Positions 1 through 12,466 of a stretch of 64,000 bases of DNA are shown here, piece by piece (position 1 is the first letter of the stretch; the number at the start of each line of letters is the position of its first letter). Position numbers and translations under genes: made by a program. The DNA comes from Patellaria atrata CBS 101060 (taxonomy: Eukaryota), in contig MU006092.1 in assembly GCA_010093705.1 (NCBI GenBank), positions 1,010,350-1,074,349 on the forward strand. Reading direction: 5' to 3'. The notes under the pieces were generated by a model. The model did not search any database, was not told the DNA's origin, and saw nothing but the letters and a program-made list of their open reading frames with translations.

Positions 1-318
1 AAGCCGAGAAGAAAGGTCCAGCTCAGATTCAAAGGCGTCGAAAGTGAGTATAGATAAGGCGAACGTTACCGCAGAAATCCGCAACCAGTTGGCGATTTCT
101 ACTTTTAGGGGGGGGGGTAGTGTGACGATGTCACAGATTATCATTTCCTACTTTCCCTTATTAGTAGTAGTCGCGCCGAGGTTCTACCGCTACGTGCTTG
201 ATACTAGTAGATCGCGCGACTATAACTTCTTCTTTCCTTAACTTAATCTCTTTACACTGTAGTTAGGTTATACTAGTTGCAATCCAATTCGATTCTCTAC
301 AACCGCTACGCCGTCACA
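1..318 (+). mobile_element. 3' end of an LTR retrotransposon (family A): internal tail, polypurine tract and 198-bp 3' LTR (121-318)
   Basis: G-rich polypurine tract (~107-120) directly precedes TGTGACG at 121. The LTR ends CGTCACA at 318 (7-bp terminal inverted repeat, TG...CA). Bases 201-318 recur identically at 2151-2268. Confidence 0.85.
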
Positions 319-1781
319 CTCTTTATACTATAATTAGATTATACTAGTTATAATCTAATTCGATTCTTTATAACCGCTATACTATTATATTAGATTAAGT
401 TCTATTATTACGGCCTTAAAAAGACGATATAATATTTTAATCCGGTGCTTAAAAGTATTAAAACTAAAGACTATAAGTTTATCCGGCATCTAAAAATATT
501 AAAACTAATAATAATAAAAGAAATTTAGTGCTTAAAAGTATTAAAACTAAAGATTATAAGTTTATCTAATACTTAAAAGTATTAGAATCGATGATAATAA
601 GAGAAACCTAATATTTAAAAGTATTAAGATTAAAGACTATAAATTTATCTAGTATCTAAAAGTATTAGAACTAATAATAATAAAAGAAACTCGGTATTTA
701 AAAGTATTAAGACTAAAGATTATAAGTTTATTTAATACTCGAAAGTATTAAGACCGACGATAAATAAACTACTATAAGATAATTAGACTATTAGGAATAA
801 TAACGCGGGAAAATATTATAAAAGATATTAGACTTATAAACTACCTTATTATAAAGTATAATATTAAATTAAAAGGAAAGAGTACTAAATATAATCGATA
901 CTTTTTAAAAGTCGCGCTAGTTAGTATATCGATTATAGAGGAAATATTTAAGGAGAACCTTTAAGATATATTATAATAGTATAAGAATAGATATAAGTAG
1001 TAGAAGTTAAAATATAAAATTACTTTAAATTAAAAATATATTAATAATATTAAAGATATTAAATAAGTACTATAAGATAACTTAGATAATTTTATAGAAG
1101 AATATTTATAAAGCTTATTATAATTAGTAGCCCGCGAGAAGTAAATAAAGATACTAGCCGGAATAATTAAATAGTATTATAAAGAGATAGCGTAGAAGAT
1201 AGCTATATATAAAGCTAATAAAAAGATTATAAAGGATCTTTAAAATAAGAATTAAGCTTTATATAATTAACTAGCGCGAGTATAGATTAACTAGAATTAA
1301 ATCGACTATACTATAATAGAAAATATAATAGAAAGCGCGAGAACCTTAAAGAGTAAAAATAATAAATTAAGTAAGTTCCTTAATCTATTTATATTAACTA
1401 ATAATAAAGATTTAACTTATCGAATATAAAAGAGCTAATTAATAGATAAACTCGAGTGTAATACCGATTAGTACTTAATAGATAAAGATTAAATAGTATA
1501 TATTAAGACGAGGATAGATAGATAATTAGCCGACTAGATATATCTATATTTAAAGTTAAAAACGAAAGATAATAAGATTATTATACTTAAAAACCTACTT
1601 AAATTTATTTACTAGATTTATAAAGACTTTAATAGACGTTTTAAGATTAAAGATAAATTAAGAAAATTAAATTAAAGCTATCTAACGGATTTTATAAAAT
1701 TCTAATTAGATTTTATCTATTTAACTATAAAGGCTAAGTTATTTAAAGACTAATAGAAAAAAGAGATTTATAAGAAGCTAT
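319..1781 (+). mobile_element. RIP-degraded LTR retrotransposon relic (family A LTR end, leader with tandem repeats, probable decayed gag region)
   Basis: 319-389 aligns without gaps to LTR 248-318 with only C->T/G->A differences. The rest is extremely AT- and TpA-rich with no long ORF. Confidence 0.8.
451..780. repeat. 83-bp tandem repeat (about 4 copies, each made of ~41+42-bp subunits) in the RIP relic
   Basis: AAAAGTATTAA(A/G)A(C/T)TAAAGA(C/T)TATAA starts at 451, 534, 617 and 700 (period 83), with a related half-unit between each. Confidence 0.85.
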
Positions 1782-2043
1782 TGTGACAATGTAGTATAGC
1801 TGTAGTAATCGTATTTTGACTATCTCTATTACTAACTACTAAGTGTGGAGATTAAGTTAAGGAACAATAATATCGTGGGCCGAATGTCCGCATATAACAG
1901 TCCCGCCTTGCCAAGCCTCGGCCCGACTATCTTCCGTTTAACCAATCAGCGCTTAGAGATCTTTTCCGCGTCCGACCCGGCAAAGATCTCTTGCAAATAA
2001 ACCAAACACTCAGCATAGGAAATACGGGATCAGCATCGTGACA
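1782..2043. mobile_element. LTR (family B, ~262 bp), not RIP-damaged; element probably continues into the gap
   Basis: Abrupt shift from AT-rich to balanced composition at TGTGACAATG (1782). Ends CATCGTGACA (2043), an imperfect terminal inverted repeat. Flanks do not form a TSD. Confidence 0.6.
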
Positions 2044-2050
2044 CGTCGTC

Positions 2051-2150
2051 NNNNNNNNNNNNNNNNNNNNNNNNNNNNNNNNNNNNNNNNNNNNNNNNNN
2101 NNNNNNNNNNNNNNNNNNNNNNNNNNNNNNNNNNNNNNNNNNNNNNNNNN
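2051..2150. other. Assembly gap (100 N)
   Basis: Run of Ns. Confidence 1.
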
Positions 2151-2268
2151 ATACTAGTAGATCGCGCGACTATAACTTCTTCTTTCCTTAACTTAATCTC
2201 TTTACACTGTAGTTAGGTTATACTAGTTGCAATCCAATTCGATTCTCTACAACCGCTACGCCGTCACA
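2151..2268 (+). mobile_element. Family A LTR, 3' part (truncated by the gap)
   Basis: Identical to 201-318; ends CGTCACA. Confidence 0.85.
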
Positions 2269-2373
2269 CTTATCAAGACTGAACAAGACAAGTCTAGAAA
2301 CGCGCCAGGATTTTCATTAATGTGATCTTCCTCCAACAACGGCGTAGGTTTCGTTAGTGATAGGAGAACGCGA

Positions 2374-2912
2374 CGTTACAACGGGAGTCTATACTTATTG
2401 AGACGGAACAGGATAAGTCTAGAAACGCGCCTGGCTTCTCACTTAACGTGGTCAACCACTAGGGTAGGTTTGGCAAAGTGACAGGATACGTATAACAAAG
2501 GCACTTCAAGTTGACGACTCAACTTGCTGACTCCTTGACTTCAGGTGATGCTCGCAATGAGACAAGACGTACTGTATGGAAACAGTGTAACAAGTGAAGT
2601 CAAGTTCAAAACCGTAACATCCAAATCTATGGGTAAGATTGATGGTAAGAATAACTACGAAGAATCTCAATACATGAGGGAAAGACCGTCCTTAAATATT
2701 CCTATCCTCCATAGTCAATTTGGTGTGCCTACACTCTGGTCGTTCTGGTCGTTTGGTCGTCTGGTCGTTTCCTACGACCAAAACGTTCATACGTCCAAAC
2801 GTCCAAGTCACGTGATTTGCTACTACTGGTTCCACCCGTAGTTCTCCCGAGTGGTGTTCCTCCTTTCCCCTCACTCGTTGTCTGCATGCTTTTACAACTT
2901 GTGGCCGTAACA
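2374..2912 (-). mobile_element. Solo LTR (family C, ~539 bp) with 5-bp TSD CGCGA
   Basis: Ends (C)GTTACAAC...GGCCGTAACA. CGCGA at 2369-2373 and 2913-2917. Inverted homology to 3246-3761. Confidence 0.85.
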
Positions 2913-3245
2913 CGCGAACGGCTAGGCACTTCAAGTTAACGATATAACTTGCTAACTCCTCAACTCACTTTATCCTCTAGGGGGTTGGGTTAAGTAGAGA
3001 CAAGGTTCACTGTACGAATACAATGAGACAAAGGCTAGTTGAGTCCGAAGACTGTAACATCCGATCTTATAGTAAGATATCTTGGTAAGAAGAACTACGA
3101 AGAATCTAAATACATGCATAAAGGAGCGTCTTAAGTATTCCTTCTCTACAGTCCTGTTTCCTATTCTGATCGTTGATGCTCGACGACTGAACACCCTCGA
3201 GCACCCTCGACCATCGATCACGTCACGTGATAGCGGTGCTGGTTG

Positions 3246-3761
3246 TGTTACGGCCACAGGACAATAAGCGGAAGCAACAGCGAGTGGAACGCAGAGAGCC
3301 ACATCGAGCCGGAGAAACCACGACGGAGAATCACGTGACAGGGGTTAGTAAGCAGAGTGGTTCCAAGTGATCTCACTGCGGGAATGGGAGCAGACGAGAG
3401 CACACTCATTTCAGGACTGTGAAGAAGGAATACTTAAGGACGCTCCTTTACACATGTATTTAGATTCTTCGTAGTTCATCTTACCAACATATCTTACTAT
3501 AAGATCGGATGTTACGGTCTACGACTTAACCCTACTTTGTCACACTATTGCCATACAGTACACCTTGTCTCTGATTGTGAGCCTTGTCCAGAGAGAGTTA
3601 AGGAGTGAGGAAGTTATATCGTTAACTTGAAGTGCCTAACTCACACGACCTCCTATCATTAACGGAACCTACCCTGAGGTTGATCACGTTAGTGAGAAGC
3701 CTGGCGCGTTCCTAGACTTGTCTTGTTTCGTCTCGATAAGTATAGACTACCCGTTGTAACA
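3246..3761 (+). mobile_element. Solo LTR (family C, 516 bp) with 5-bp TSD GGTTG
   Basis: TGTTACGGCC...GTTGTAACA termini. GGTTG at 3241-3245 and 3762-3766. Confidence 0.9.
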
Positions 3762-5006
3762 GGTTGTTTCGTTCCGACTCTTCCCTCAGTGTAGGTATTC
3801 CCACTCTCCCCCACTGGTGGTGTCGTATCTTGTTCTTTGGCCGTAACATTAATATATAATTATATTTTATAACTTATATAAATATTTTTTTTTAGGAATA
3901 ACAAATATAATATTTAATATATTGTTTAGTAAATTAAAAAGTTATTCCTTTTCAAATTTAAGAAAAAGCCGTACATGATCTATGTCCGTGCATAACGTGA
4001 ATTAGACTTCTATCAGTACCCTCGGGCCGCACATGCCCAGAGCCGTGCCACGGTGTCAGAGCATTAGTAACGTCATGAGCAGGACCACACCATGGCCTTG
4101 TATAGATATATGTACCTTCCTTCACCTCACTGCACGTCGTGTTCTACGTTTATTTCAAATTATTACGTTGGTATTCATGACTATATCTTACCCAGCCTCC
4201 GTCCCATTATTATCGAATATCTCCCCGAATCCTTACTAAGGCCCTTTACTGGACAACACGGATCAGATATGGTAAACCCCCTTCTTTCGCCAGGGCTCAT
4301 ATGTATCACCGCATATGTATCCACAACCTTATATAAGGTATAAACTAGACATAACATAATCGTTACATGCTATTTTCATCACTTGTGCAGTAGAGCAGAC
4401 CCGCAGTAGGTGATAATGAGCAAAAATGTCGGTGGTAACTTAGTATAAATGTAAGTCGTGACGGTTGAGAACTAAGCCTTGCATGATCGACAACTGATGT
4501 CCCCAAGAAATCTCAACGATTGCTTAACTCGCCTTTCCCGATTACCGCTATTGTAGATCTTGACCTCGAGATAATCCTCAATCGTTTTTTATGCATCAAG
4601 CTGAGGTTTCAAAGAACTAATTAGGTATACACACATTCAGCAGACGTGGAGCCTCATTCAAGGATTGTTCACTATGATGTGAGCAGACGTCAGGCCTCCA
4701 AAAGCTGAGGTACAATCCTTCGAGATCGACGGTTCTATATCCTTGTTGTTGAGCACTCAAAGCATAGGATTCGTCCAAACGTTTGTTTGTTCGGTATTAT
4801 GGTGATGGGCGGTAGTACACAATCCTGGGACAACTCACTATAAAGCACCTGATGCTCCTGCCTCGCAAATACTTTCATCTTTTACAGCACTGAAGATTGT
4901 CTGTTTGATAAAGTCTTTTTTCTTCTACTCTAACACCCTCATTCATCATACCTAGAAACCTAATTTAAGTCTCTACCGACTTGACCACCCGACAGCATAC
5001 AAAATC

Positions 5007-7237
5007 ATGAACCCCCCAGTAAGGGTGAAGAAGGAGCGTCACCATGATGATAGGTAAGACATTTTTCTTTCTTTCTTCTGGATTCGAAGCTCATTGTCAA
5101 TCCCCATAGTCCAGGTAGCAATACCGAACACATCGAACACGCCGAGCATGAACACAAGGATCAAAGTCCTGTATCCTGGATATCATCCCCTATGAAATCT
5201 TGGGATGAAAGCTCGTCCAGCTTTAGTCAGCGTCACGAAGCAAGCACTATCGAGCTTTTTTTCGACCTGTTTTTCGTCGCAAATCTCAGCACTTTCACAA
5301 TTTATCATGCAATAATCGACAGGTCCGCTTTCTGGTCCTATGTAGGCTTCTTTATTATTTTATGGTCGACCTGGTTTCAAATAGTACTCTTCGACGTCAG
5401 ATTTGCAACCGACTCTGTGTGGGAGCGAGGTTGTAAGGTCGTCCAATTCCTTGTCTTCATTGCGATCGCTCTAGTTGGATACAATTTCAAAGTACTTGAT
5501 AATGACCTAGTGCAGTCACTGGACAATGAAGTAAGTTTGTTCCATTTCTAGAAGATCCCTTTCCTTGACTTTATATCCCTCAACTACTATACGACCCTGC
5601 TATACCGATCAGACAATTGAAGTTGAGAGAATGACGCTTAACTATACATATGACTTGCTCGTTACCGACACCAGAGATCTTTTCATACTTCGTACTTCAC
5701 AGCTTGACAGCATTTTTTTTTAGCAGGGGTATAGATAGCGAGGGATATCACCCCTGACATGGAGTGGGATATAACATCTTTACAAGCAAATTCTGATTTA
5801 TCATAGGTCTTTCGGACTCTGTGCTGGACACTTTTACTCTCTCGCTTATGGCTTGCACTACAATATTTGGTCGTATTAGTATTTGCTGCTTTCAGCCGTC
5901 CTCGCCATTCTGGGCTTATACTTCCATTATCACTATCCACGGGAACGTTTGTCATTGCGGGAATTGTATACGGAGTCCTAGTAGCAGGACTTCCACCGAC
6001 ATCAACTCACAACGGGGATGTCTTTGGAACGTGGTACGGCGTTATCGGATTCGAGTTCTTGAGCACTATGATCATATCGTGCGTCTGGAGGAAGCTTAGC
6101 TTCAAAAAAACCCATATTGGTGAACGAATGGGTCTTCTATGCCTGATTATTATCGGAGAAGGCGTTATCGGCCTTACGAAAACAGTGATCCGTACGATGG
6201 GGAAGAATGGAGTTAACTTCGACGGAACTGCGCAAATATTCTGCATAATTCTCATCCTCGTACGCCCATGTTCCTCCCCACCCCCTTTAATCGTCTTCCT
6301 TCTAATAAGATTATAGGTCTTTATATGGATGCTTTACTTCGACAACCTACCAAAGTATCATTTTAACACCATCAAACAACAATTCTACGTGTATCTCCAT
6401 CTCCTCCTCCATCTTGCTATTTTGGGAGTAGTAGAGGGAGCACAGCATATCGCCCAAGCTCATTACGTGCTCAAAAGCCATGGTAAGATCATGGATGCAG
6501 TTATCAACTACTGCGTAAAGCAACATCTTGACGAGCCCGGCCTTACTGGTCCCCTCAACGCCACCATCGCGTACTTCAAATTCTACTCGAGCTCGGAGTC
6601 CAACGCGACGCTACCTTACATCTCACTAGCGTTGGCAAAAATAGGTGCGTCCACAGGTGTCTGCTCTCAAGCAAATATTTCGGACCCTCAATTCGCACCG
6701 CTAGAGAATGAGCAAATCCCGTTGGCCTTCAATGACTTCCTTTTTTACTCCCTTGCAGCACTATTCCAATCTCTAGGCATTGCCCTTCCAAAAGGGCCCA
6801 AACCACCCGTTCGTATTGCGCTCGACACCTGGCGATTAGTGTATACATATTTCTGGTCCGCCATCATTTTGCTACTTGGAACACTCACCATCTGTTCGCT
6901 TCTGGCAAGGCGAAATTTCAGGTTCGACCCACCGGCTCTCGTCTCAATAATACCTCGTATCGCAATGATATTTTTCGCAGTTGGGGTATTAGTCGCTGGT
7001 TTGAGGAGTTCAACAGCCGGGTGGCACGTGGATACGTTCTTAGATCATTACATTTCCGGACCATGGATCTTGCCGGCGGTCACGCTGCAGTTGTGGGTTG
7101 TATTGCTGGGAGACCGTCTCAGTAAGTCGTGGAGGGCGAGGAGGGAGAGACTCAAATATTATTCGGTCAGCGAACAGAATGAAGAAGCAAGAGCAGCTTT
7201 AGGGGGAAATGGGGTGAGGCATGACGACTGTCACTAA
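5007..7237 (+). CDS. Low-temperature-requirement A (LtrA)-like multi-pass membrane protein; exons ~5007-5053, 5110-5530, 5807-6259, 6317-7237
   Basis: Motifs STIELFFDLFFVA, ERMGLLCLIIIGEGVI and YLHLLLHLAI. Three GT-AG introns join ORFs 5192, 5867 and 6329 in frame. Confidence 0.85.
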
Positions 7238-7306
7238 TTTACGAGACACTTCTCACAAGAGCCGAACAAGGGGAACTGAAAGCAGTTGGGAATGGAGAAA
7301 CATTAT

Positions 7307-7345
7307 GAATTGACGAATTGACGAATTGACGAATTGACGAACTGA
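7307..7345. repeat. (GAATTGAC)4 minisatellite plus one degenerate unit
   Basis: Read directly from sequence. Confidence 0.9.
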
Positions 7346-8633
7346 GGAATTTGCGCGCAAGGGAGAATGAGCATATTATCAAACCAGCCATCTAGGAAGG
7401 TAGCCTTTTGAACTGAAGAAAGAGCTAGACTAGAAATTGTCTGAAGTTAGAAGGTGAATTTTTGCCTGATTGTTGTCCTGTACTCTGTACACTGGTACAC
7501 TTGCATTTCTGACCCATAGTCGCTACCGTGAACAGAAGACGTCCGCACAGGTACCGATAACTTATTCTACCTTACTATCTCCTCCCTTGCAGGTTTAGCA
7601 CTCTTCGATTGTTGTACGCCCTCTATTCTCTGCTCGGTAGATACTCACACCACGACTCGAAAGCTGTTTGGTATTCTGTACGGTGTTGAAGTGTACGGTC
7701 GACAGTCTATTGTAGATTCTGATCCAGTACTCTACACAACAGCGGAGCCGGGAACAATTCTCAGATCAAGTGTATTGCACCGTATCCACGAAGTCCCCTG
7801 GAAAGGGAAAGGGTAGGTTTAAAGAATGCACGTGCTCTATGATAATCAGTCATAACTTCTAACGCTCCCTATTACCAGAACCCCTAAAATGAATTCCTAC
7901 AAGCCTCTCGCACGGACCTATAAGAGCTAAAGAATTTAGGTTTCAAATCCCGCAGAGAATATACGTCGTCAATGACTCTTCCGAGGATATCATCACTATA
8001 GCCGGGACGGTATTAGGGACGCTTTCTATTATCTGGTTTGCGCGAGACTGGTTTGCAAAGGATATGAAAGACATGGTAGCGATGTAGAGAATGAGGATCG
8101 AGCGTTTGGAGGGAAGAGTTGATGGATTCGTGGAGTTTGAAGCGGAGCATAAAGGGGAGTCGTCTGAGTTAAGGGGGTATATTTCATCAGATGTATAGTT
8201 ATCGATACACTAACAAAACCCTAGGATGACCAAGGGGCTGCTTAGTAAACGCGATGTTAAGCCGTCCGAGAAGTGAAAAACAATACCTTGTAAAGAGTCC
8301 GGCTACTGAGATCAGGTTCTCGTACAGCAGGCCTGAGTGCTTAGATGAAACCTCATTTGAAAATACTGTAGTATTCGTTAAGATCACGTAGGAAGTAACA
8401 ACGCCCGATCTGCAGTTATATCATAATCTTAACTATAAATTCTTCCTCAACACATTAAGAACCCCAATCAACCAAGCTTCTATGACTACCCAGGCCTTCC
8501 TCCTACTTAAACTACTCGAGTCCCCAATCCTCCTCATTGCTCTCCCCAACTATCTCATGAAGTCCCCCAGAAACCTCAAACCCCAAAGTCCCAAATCAAA
8601 TCATTTCGTTCACATTTCCCTACTAACCCCACT

Positions 8634-8990
8634 ATGACCGTAACTGACATACTCTACCTACGGCGCCGTGACCTACCACCCGAAGCCTTCAACCACTACT
8701 ACGAAACCATACACATTCCTCTCCCCTTTAACCCTTTCCCTCATGTCCGAAGTCTGGCCGCTAACGCACGCCCGTTCCTCTGCCGATCCGGAAAACCGCT
8801 CCCGAGGATCTGCTCAACTTTGATACGTACGCAGAACTCGTATTTGAAAATGAGAACCCTTTATGAAGTATGCGGGGAGAGATATGGAAGGATAGTTGTG
8901 AGGAAGTTGAGAGGATGAGAAGAGGGTTTTAGAAGTGGATTGCGGTTAGTGTGAAAGGGGGGTGGTCACTGAGGAGGCCGGGGCAGAGAT
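8634..8990 (+). pseudogene. Frameshifted EthD-domain (dimeric alpha/beta barrel) gene remnant
   Basis: MTVTDILYLRRRDLPPEAFNHYYETIHIPL in one frame; NFDTYAELVFENE and EDEKRVLE downstream in shifted frames. These match the start, middle and end patterns of fungal EthD proteins. Confidence 0.6.
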
Positions 8991-9397
8991 AGAGGTCGTT
9001 TTCTTTTTTTCTTCCTATTTGGGGGGGTGAAGGAAGTGGTGTGGCCAGGGAATAGCTTACTAGAGGTGGTATAGATAGGAATGTTTATATCTCTCCCGTA
9101 AAGTGTTCAGATGGTTCTCTTTCAAATTCTGTGTTCGTTTTTAATATTCTCACACATTTCAGCGGTTTCCTTCCAGCGAGCTCAGAAGCTTCGTTTAAAT
9201 GAGGTCTTCAATTTGAGCATAATATGGGCTACAAGCTTGTGGGGAACATATTTCAATATCATTTCGATACACAGACTACCCTACGACGATTGAAACAGGT
9301 AGAACCGAGCTTCCCCTTTTTCCTTCGCAACTCTACTATTCAGTCGACCGTTCTCAAAGCTTCCATACTACTAGCCTCCCCCTCATCATCCATACGC

Positions 9398-9827
9398 TTA
9401 AGGGCAACTTCCACTAAAAGATCGAACCAAAGCCCCATCAAACTGCAAACAGATACCAAAGTCACTCGCGGTTCTACTCTGTCCCGTACAGCCAGGCTGG
9501 TTCCAAACAGTAACTGTACCCAATTAGCTTTCGAACCCATACAGGGGAACAATACTCACTCGAGCACCCTGCCGAAAGTGCCGAGATCGAGGCAGAATTA
9601 TTACAATCCCCCTCTCCCCGGATTGGAGTGGCATCTTGGCATACACCGGCCAACACGTCTCCCTGCTCGCGAACGTGACACCCCTGAGTGCAACCGGCGG
9701 CATTGAAGCGGTCAATGGAGCCAATGATGGCTTGACGCCCTTTTAGGTGGTTGTCGTTATTGCTCACGGCGGCTGAGAGGACGCCGGAGGCGGAAAGGAG
9801 GAGCGGTAAGAGGGTTTGGAGTTGCAT
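9398..9827 (-). CDS. Small secreted cysteine-rich protein (127 aa, 8 Cys); exons 9827-9560 and 9513-9398
   Basis: Signal peptide MQLQTLLPLLLSASGVLSA. A 46-nt GTGAGT...CTAAT...CAG intron gives C-terminus ITVWNQPGCTGQSRTASDFGICLQFDGALVRSFSGSCP*. Confidence 0.8.
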
Positions 9828-12466
9828 GATGGATGATGGATGATGTTGAGAACAATGATTGAGTGCTGGTTACGGACTTTTTGTGAGATCAAATGTTTGT
9901 GGGGAGGAGCAGAGGCTTATATACGCAGTCCTTAACAGATGTAAGCGTTGAAAACCGAAGCAGTACCTGACGTAGCTTAACGGCTTATGATGCAGGATTG
10001 GGTATCAATCACTAATCCTTTTTAGCCGGAAGAGGTTGTGTTTCTCGTATTACGGTGTGTGACTGTTTTATTATTCAGGAAGAGGCGGTGACATGATGTT
10101 TCAGTTTCGAGAAAAATAACTCGAGCATACCAGGACAAATGTATAAGCTTTTGATGTATAAGCAACTACATAATACCTTCGACGAATCATGATGGTATTT
10201 CATATCGATTTACTAGACTTTAGCAGTAGGATGGTAAAGAAACAATCGTTGATATGAGAGATAGAGAGGACTTCTAAAATGCAGCTAGAGACGGGTACCT
10301 GGATCTATGCAGAGATGGAATATGAAATACTACCTACTATTAGCACTATAGCTTAGAGTAGACGCGTCAAGTAAGGTGATATAATTGCCGTTAGCGCATC
10401 CGGCGATTACCGGTACATTATTTGTGCCCAGATGGGGTAATGAGTGTGTTTTGGGATTAAACATCTCTCGGTAGATGGCGGCTGTGACTCTAGAAGTGAA
10501 GATAATGAGCCTACAACTACCCGTCGACTATAGCCACAGCATTGAATATCGGATCTCGCAGCCCTAAAAATCCTCCCGTAGACCTGGTAGTGTACAAGAA
10601 CACCTCGGAGGATTTATAGCACGGTCACTTCGCTTCTGGAGAGGTTAGATACCGATTCAATGAATTGACCAGTGCTTGCCCGTGATTCTAAGATTTCGAG
10701 AGCGTTGCAGTAACATGAGTAATGTTAATCTTCTGGTCTTCTTATTTCTCTGTTATTTCCTTTTGCGTGTGGAGAACCCACTCGTCTCATCCTCCTGAAC
10801 AGGGCAAAACGATGGATCGGTGACAGACCAGTTCGTTCCATAGAGGAATGATAAAAAGGCACTTGGCTTGAAAAATTTCCCCAGAACATGATCAAACATT
10901 GTGCTTACGTGCAGAACGGTGGCTTATTAAATGTTCCACAGTGGAACATCATAAACTCCGTATAAGAATACTATTAGTGCGAAGTAAAACGAAACATCAC
11001 AAACTTCTTATACTAACAATATCAGGTCAGAACTATAATAGAGTTCAACATTAATGCTGCAAGGTACCGGTTCCCCGAGCGAATCTGCAGGTGTAGGTGA
11101 AACGCCTCGTGCTGACAGGGTGTAAGCAGCACAGGGAACCTTAAGTAGACTGCAACCATGGGATACAGTAACTACAACAACGTAATCATAGTTCACAGTA
11201 ACGTGTGCTTTCTCGGATCGTAAAAGTGATAAGAGAAATGGCTGGACTGGACGACTTGAATCCTGGCGGATAAAACGGCTCGACCAAGACATTACTCAGA
11301 GCACGGGTGGGTATTCACACAAAGACCAATGCAGAGAAGCGTTTGGAAGCCTGATAAGTGAATGCATTAATCACTGTGTGCCCTAAAGGCGGGTTACTCA
11401 AGCTGACGGTTGAAATACGTGGATGGTGAATCCCGTCCAGTATGCTTGATATCCAGAGCGTCGACACTTGTGCAGTCTGGACACGAGTAGTATCTGAAGG
11501 GACACAGAATTAGGTAGTCGCTTATTGAAATTATTTGAAACGGTGGACTTGTAGATTTGACCAAGTAGCAGAATTATCCTTGGTTAGGCCTTTGAGACTG
11601 GATTATAGTCACGGTGGTGGACGTGTATGTTAATCAAGAGCCTTCAGCGTCCCATAAGACATGTAGGACAAAGTGCAAGGAATGTCTATATATCCACCAG
11701 TTGGAGGAGATTGATTAGGATATCATGAGTTTCGAGGAACTGTTCCATGTTTCGATAACCGTGTTGCTGATGTGACTCCCTTGACGAAGCGTGGTGTTAC
11801 GATACCAACTTTAGGTCAGATTGCTAATCTAGAGAGGTCGGTTGAGCTTCCCTGATGAAGTTTTTGAACTTAGGAAAGATGACGGTGTACGGCCTGAATT
11901 GAAAGAGGTGACTACCAAAGAATACTTAGAACTTAAATCTTTTGGTCATAACGTAAACAAGAAAATTTTGGGTTCATATGATCATGATTCCTTTAGGGTA
12001 AACACAAAATTATGGCCACTATGCCCTCTCATACCTTTGAAGCTTTTTCTATCTCCTTTTCTCGGTACGGCGAGAATTAACTCGTCCTTCGACGGCCGAG
12101 GTTCCTGATGAGCTGTACTTAGAGGTTGTAAGGGAGGCTTGAGTGGACCTTTAGGTCTGAGCTCATGACACTGTAGATCTGCCATTCAGCTAGAAGAACA
12201 ATTAGGAAAATGAAACTGCGATGAGATTGCTACGAGTTAATTCTCAATGTAAATGTTAGGTAGACTAACTTTTTGAGGAGCAGGAGTAAATGTAGAATCT
12301 CGGGAAAATCGCGGTTATAGACACCCCGTACAGAACGTCGCATTGCTTGACCGTCTGATCATTGGAATTGTATATTTTCTGATCAAAGTAAGGAAATTGG
12401 ATCTACCAGCAAGGGCAGATACAATCCTTTTCCGCAACACCTCTCATATCCACATCTCAAATCACA

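Larger units (their letters stand above)
2269..3848 (-). mobile_element. Host LTR (family C) split into pieces 2269-2373, 2918-3245 and 3767-3848 by two solo LTRs of the same family
   Basis: Pieces are collinear with the intact family C copies (e.g. AAGTCTAGAAACGCGCC, AGGCACTTCAAGTT, AACTACGAAGAATCT). Terminus GGCCGTAACA at 3848. Confidence 0.75.

Noticed and set aside
451..780. CRISPR-like repeat appearance
   Set aside because: The intervening units are themselves repeats rather than unique spacers, and the context is a eukaryotic TE.
44..3302. Short ORFs within the LTR cluster
   Set aside because: They lie in or across non-coding LTRs and show no gag/pol motifs.
9224..9706. 160-aa + strand ORF
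   Set aside because: Antisense shadow of the secreted-protein gene.
10000..12300. Short ORFs in a long spacer
   Set aside because: No recognisable motif or coherent splice pattern.
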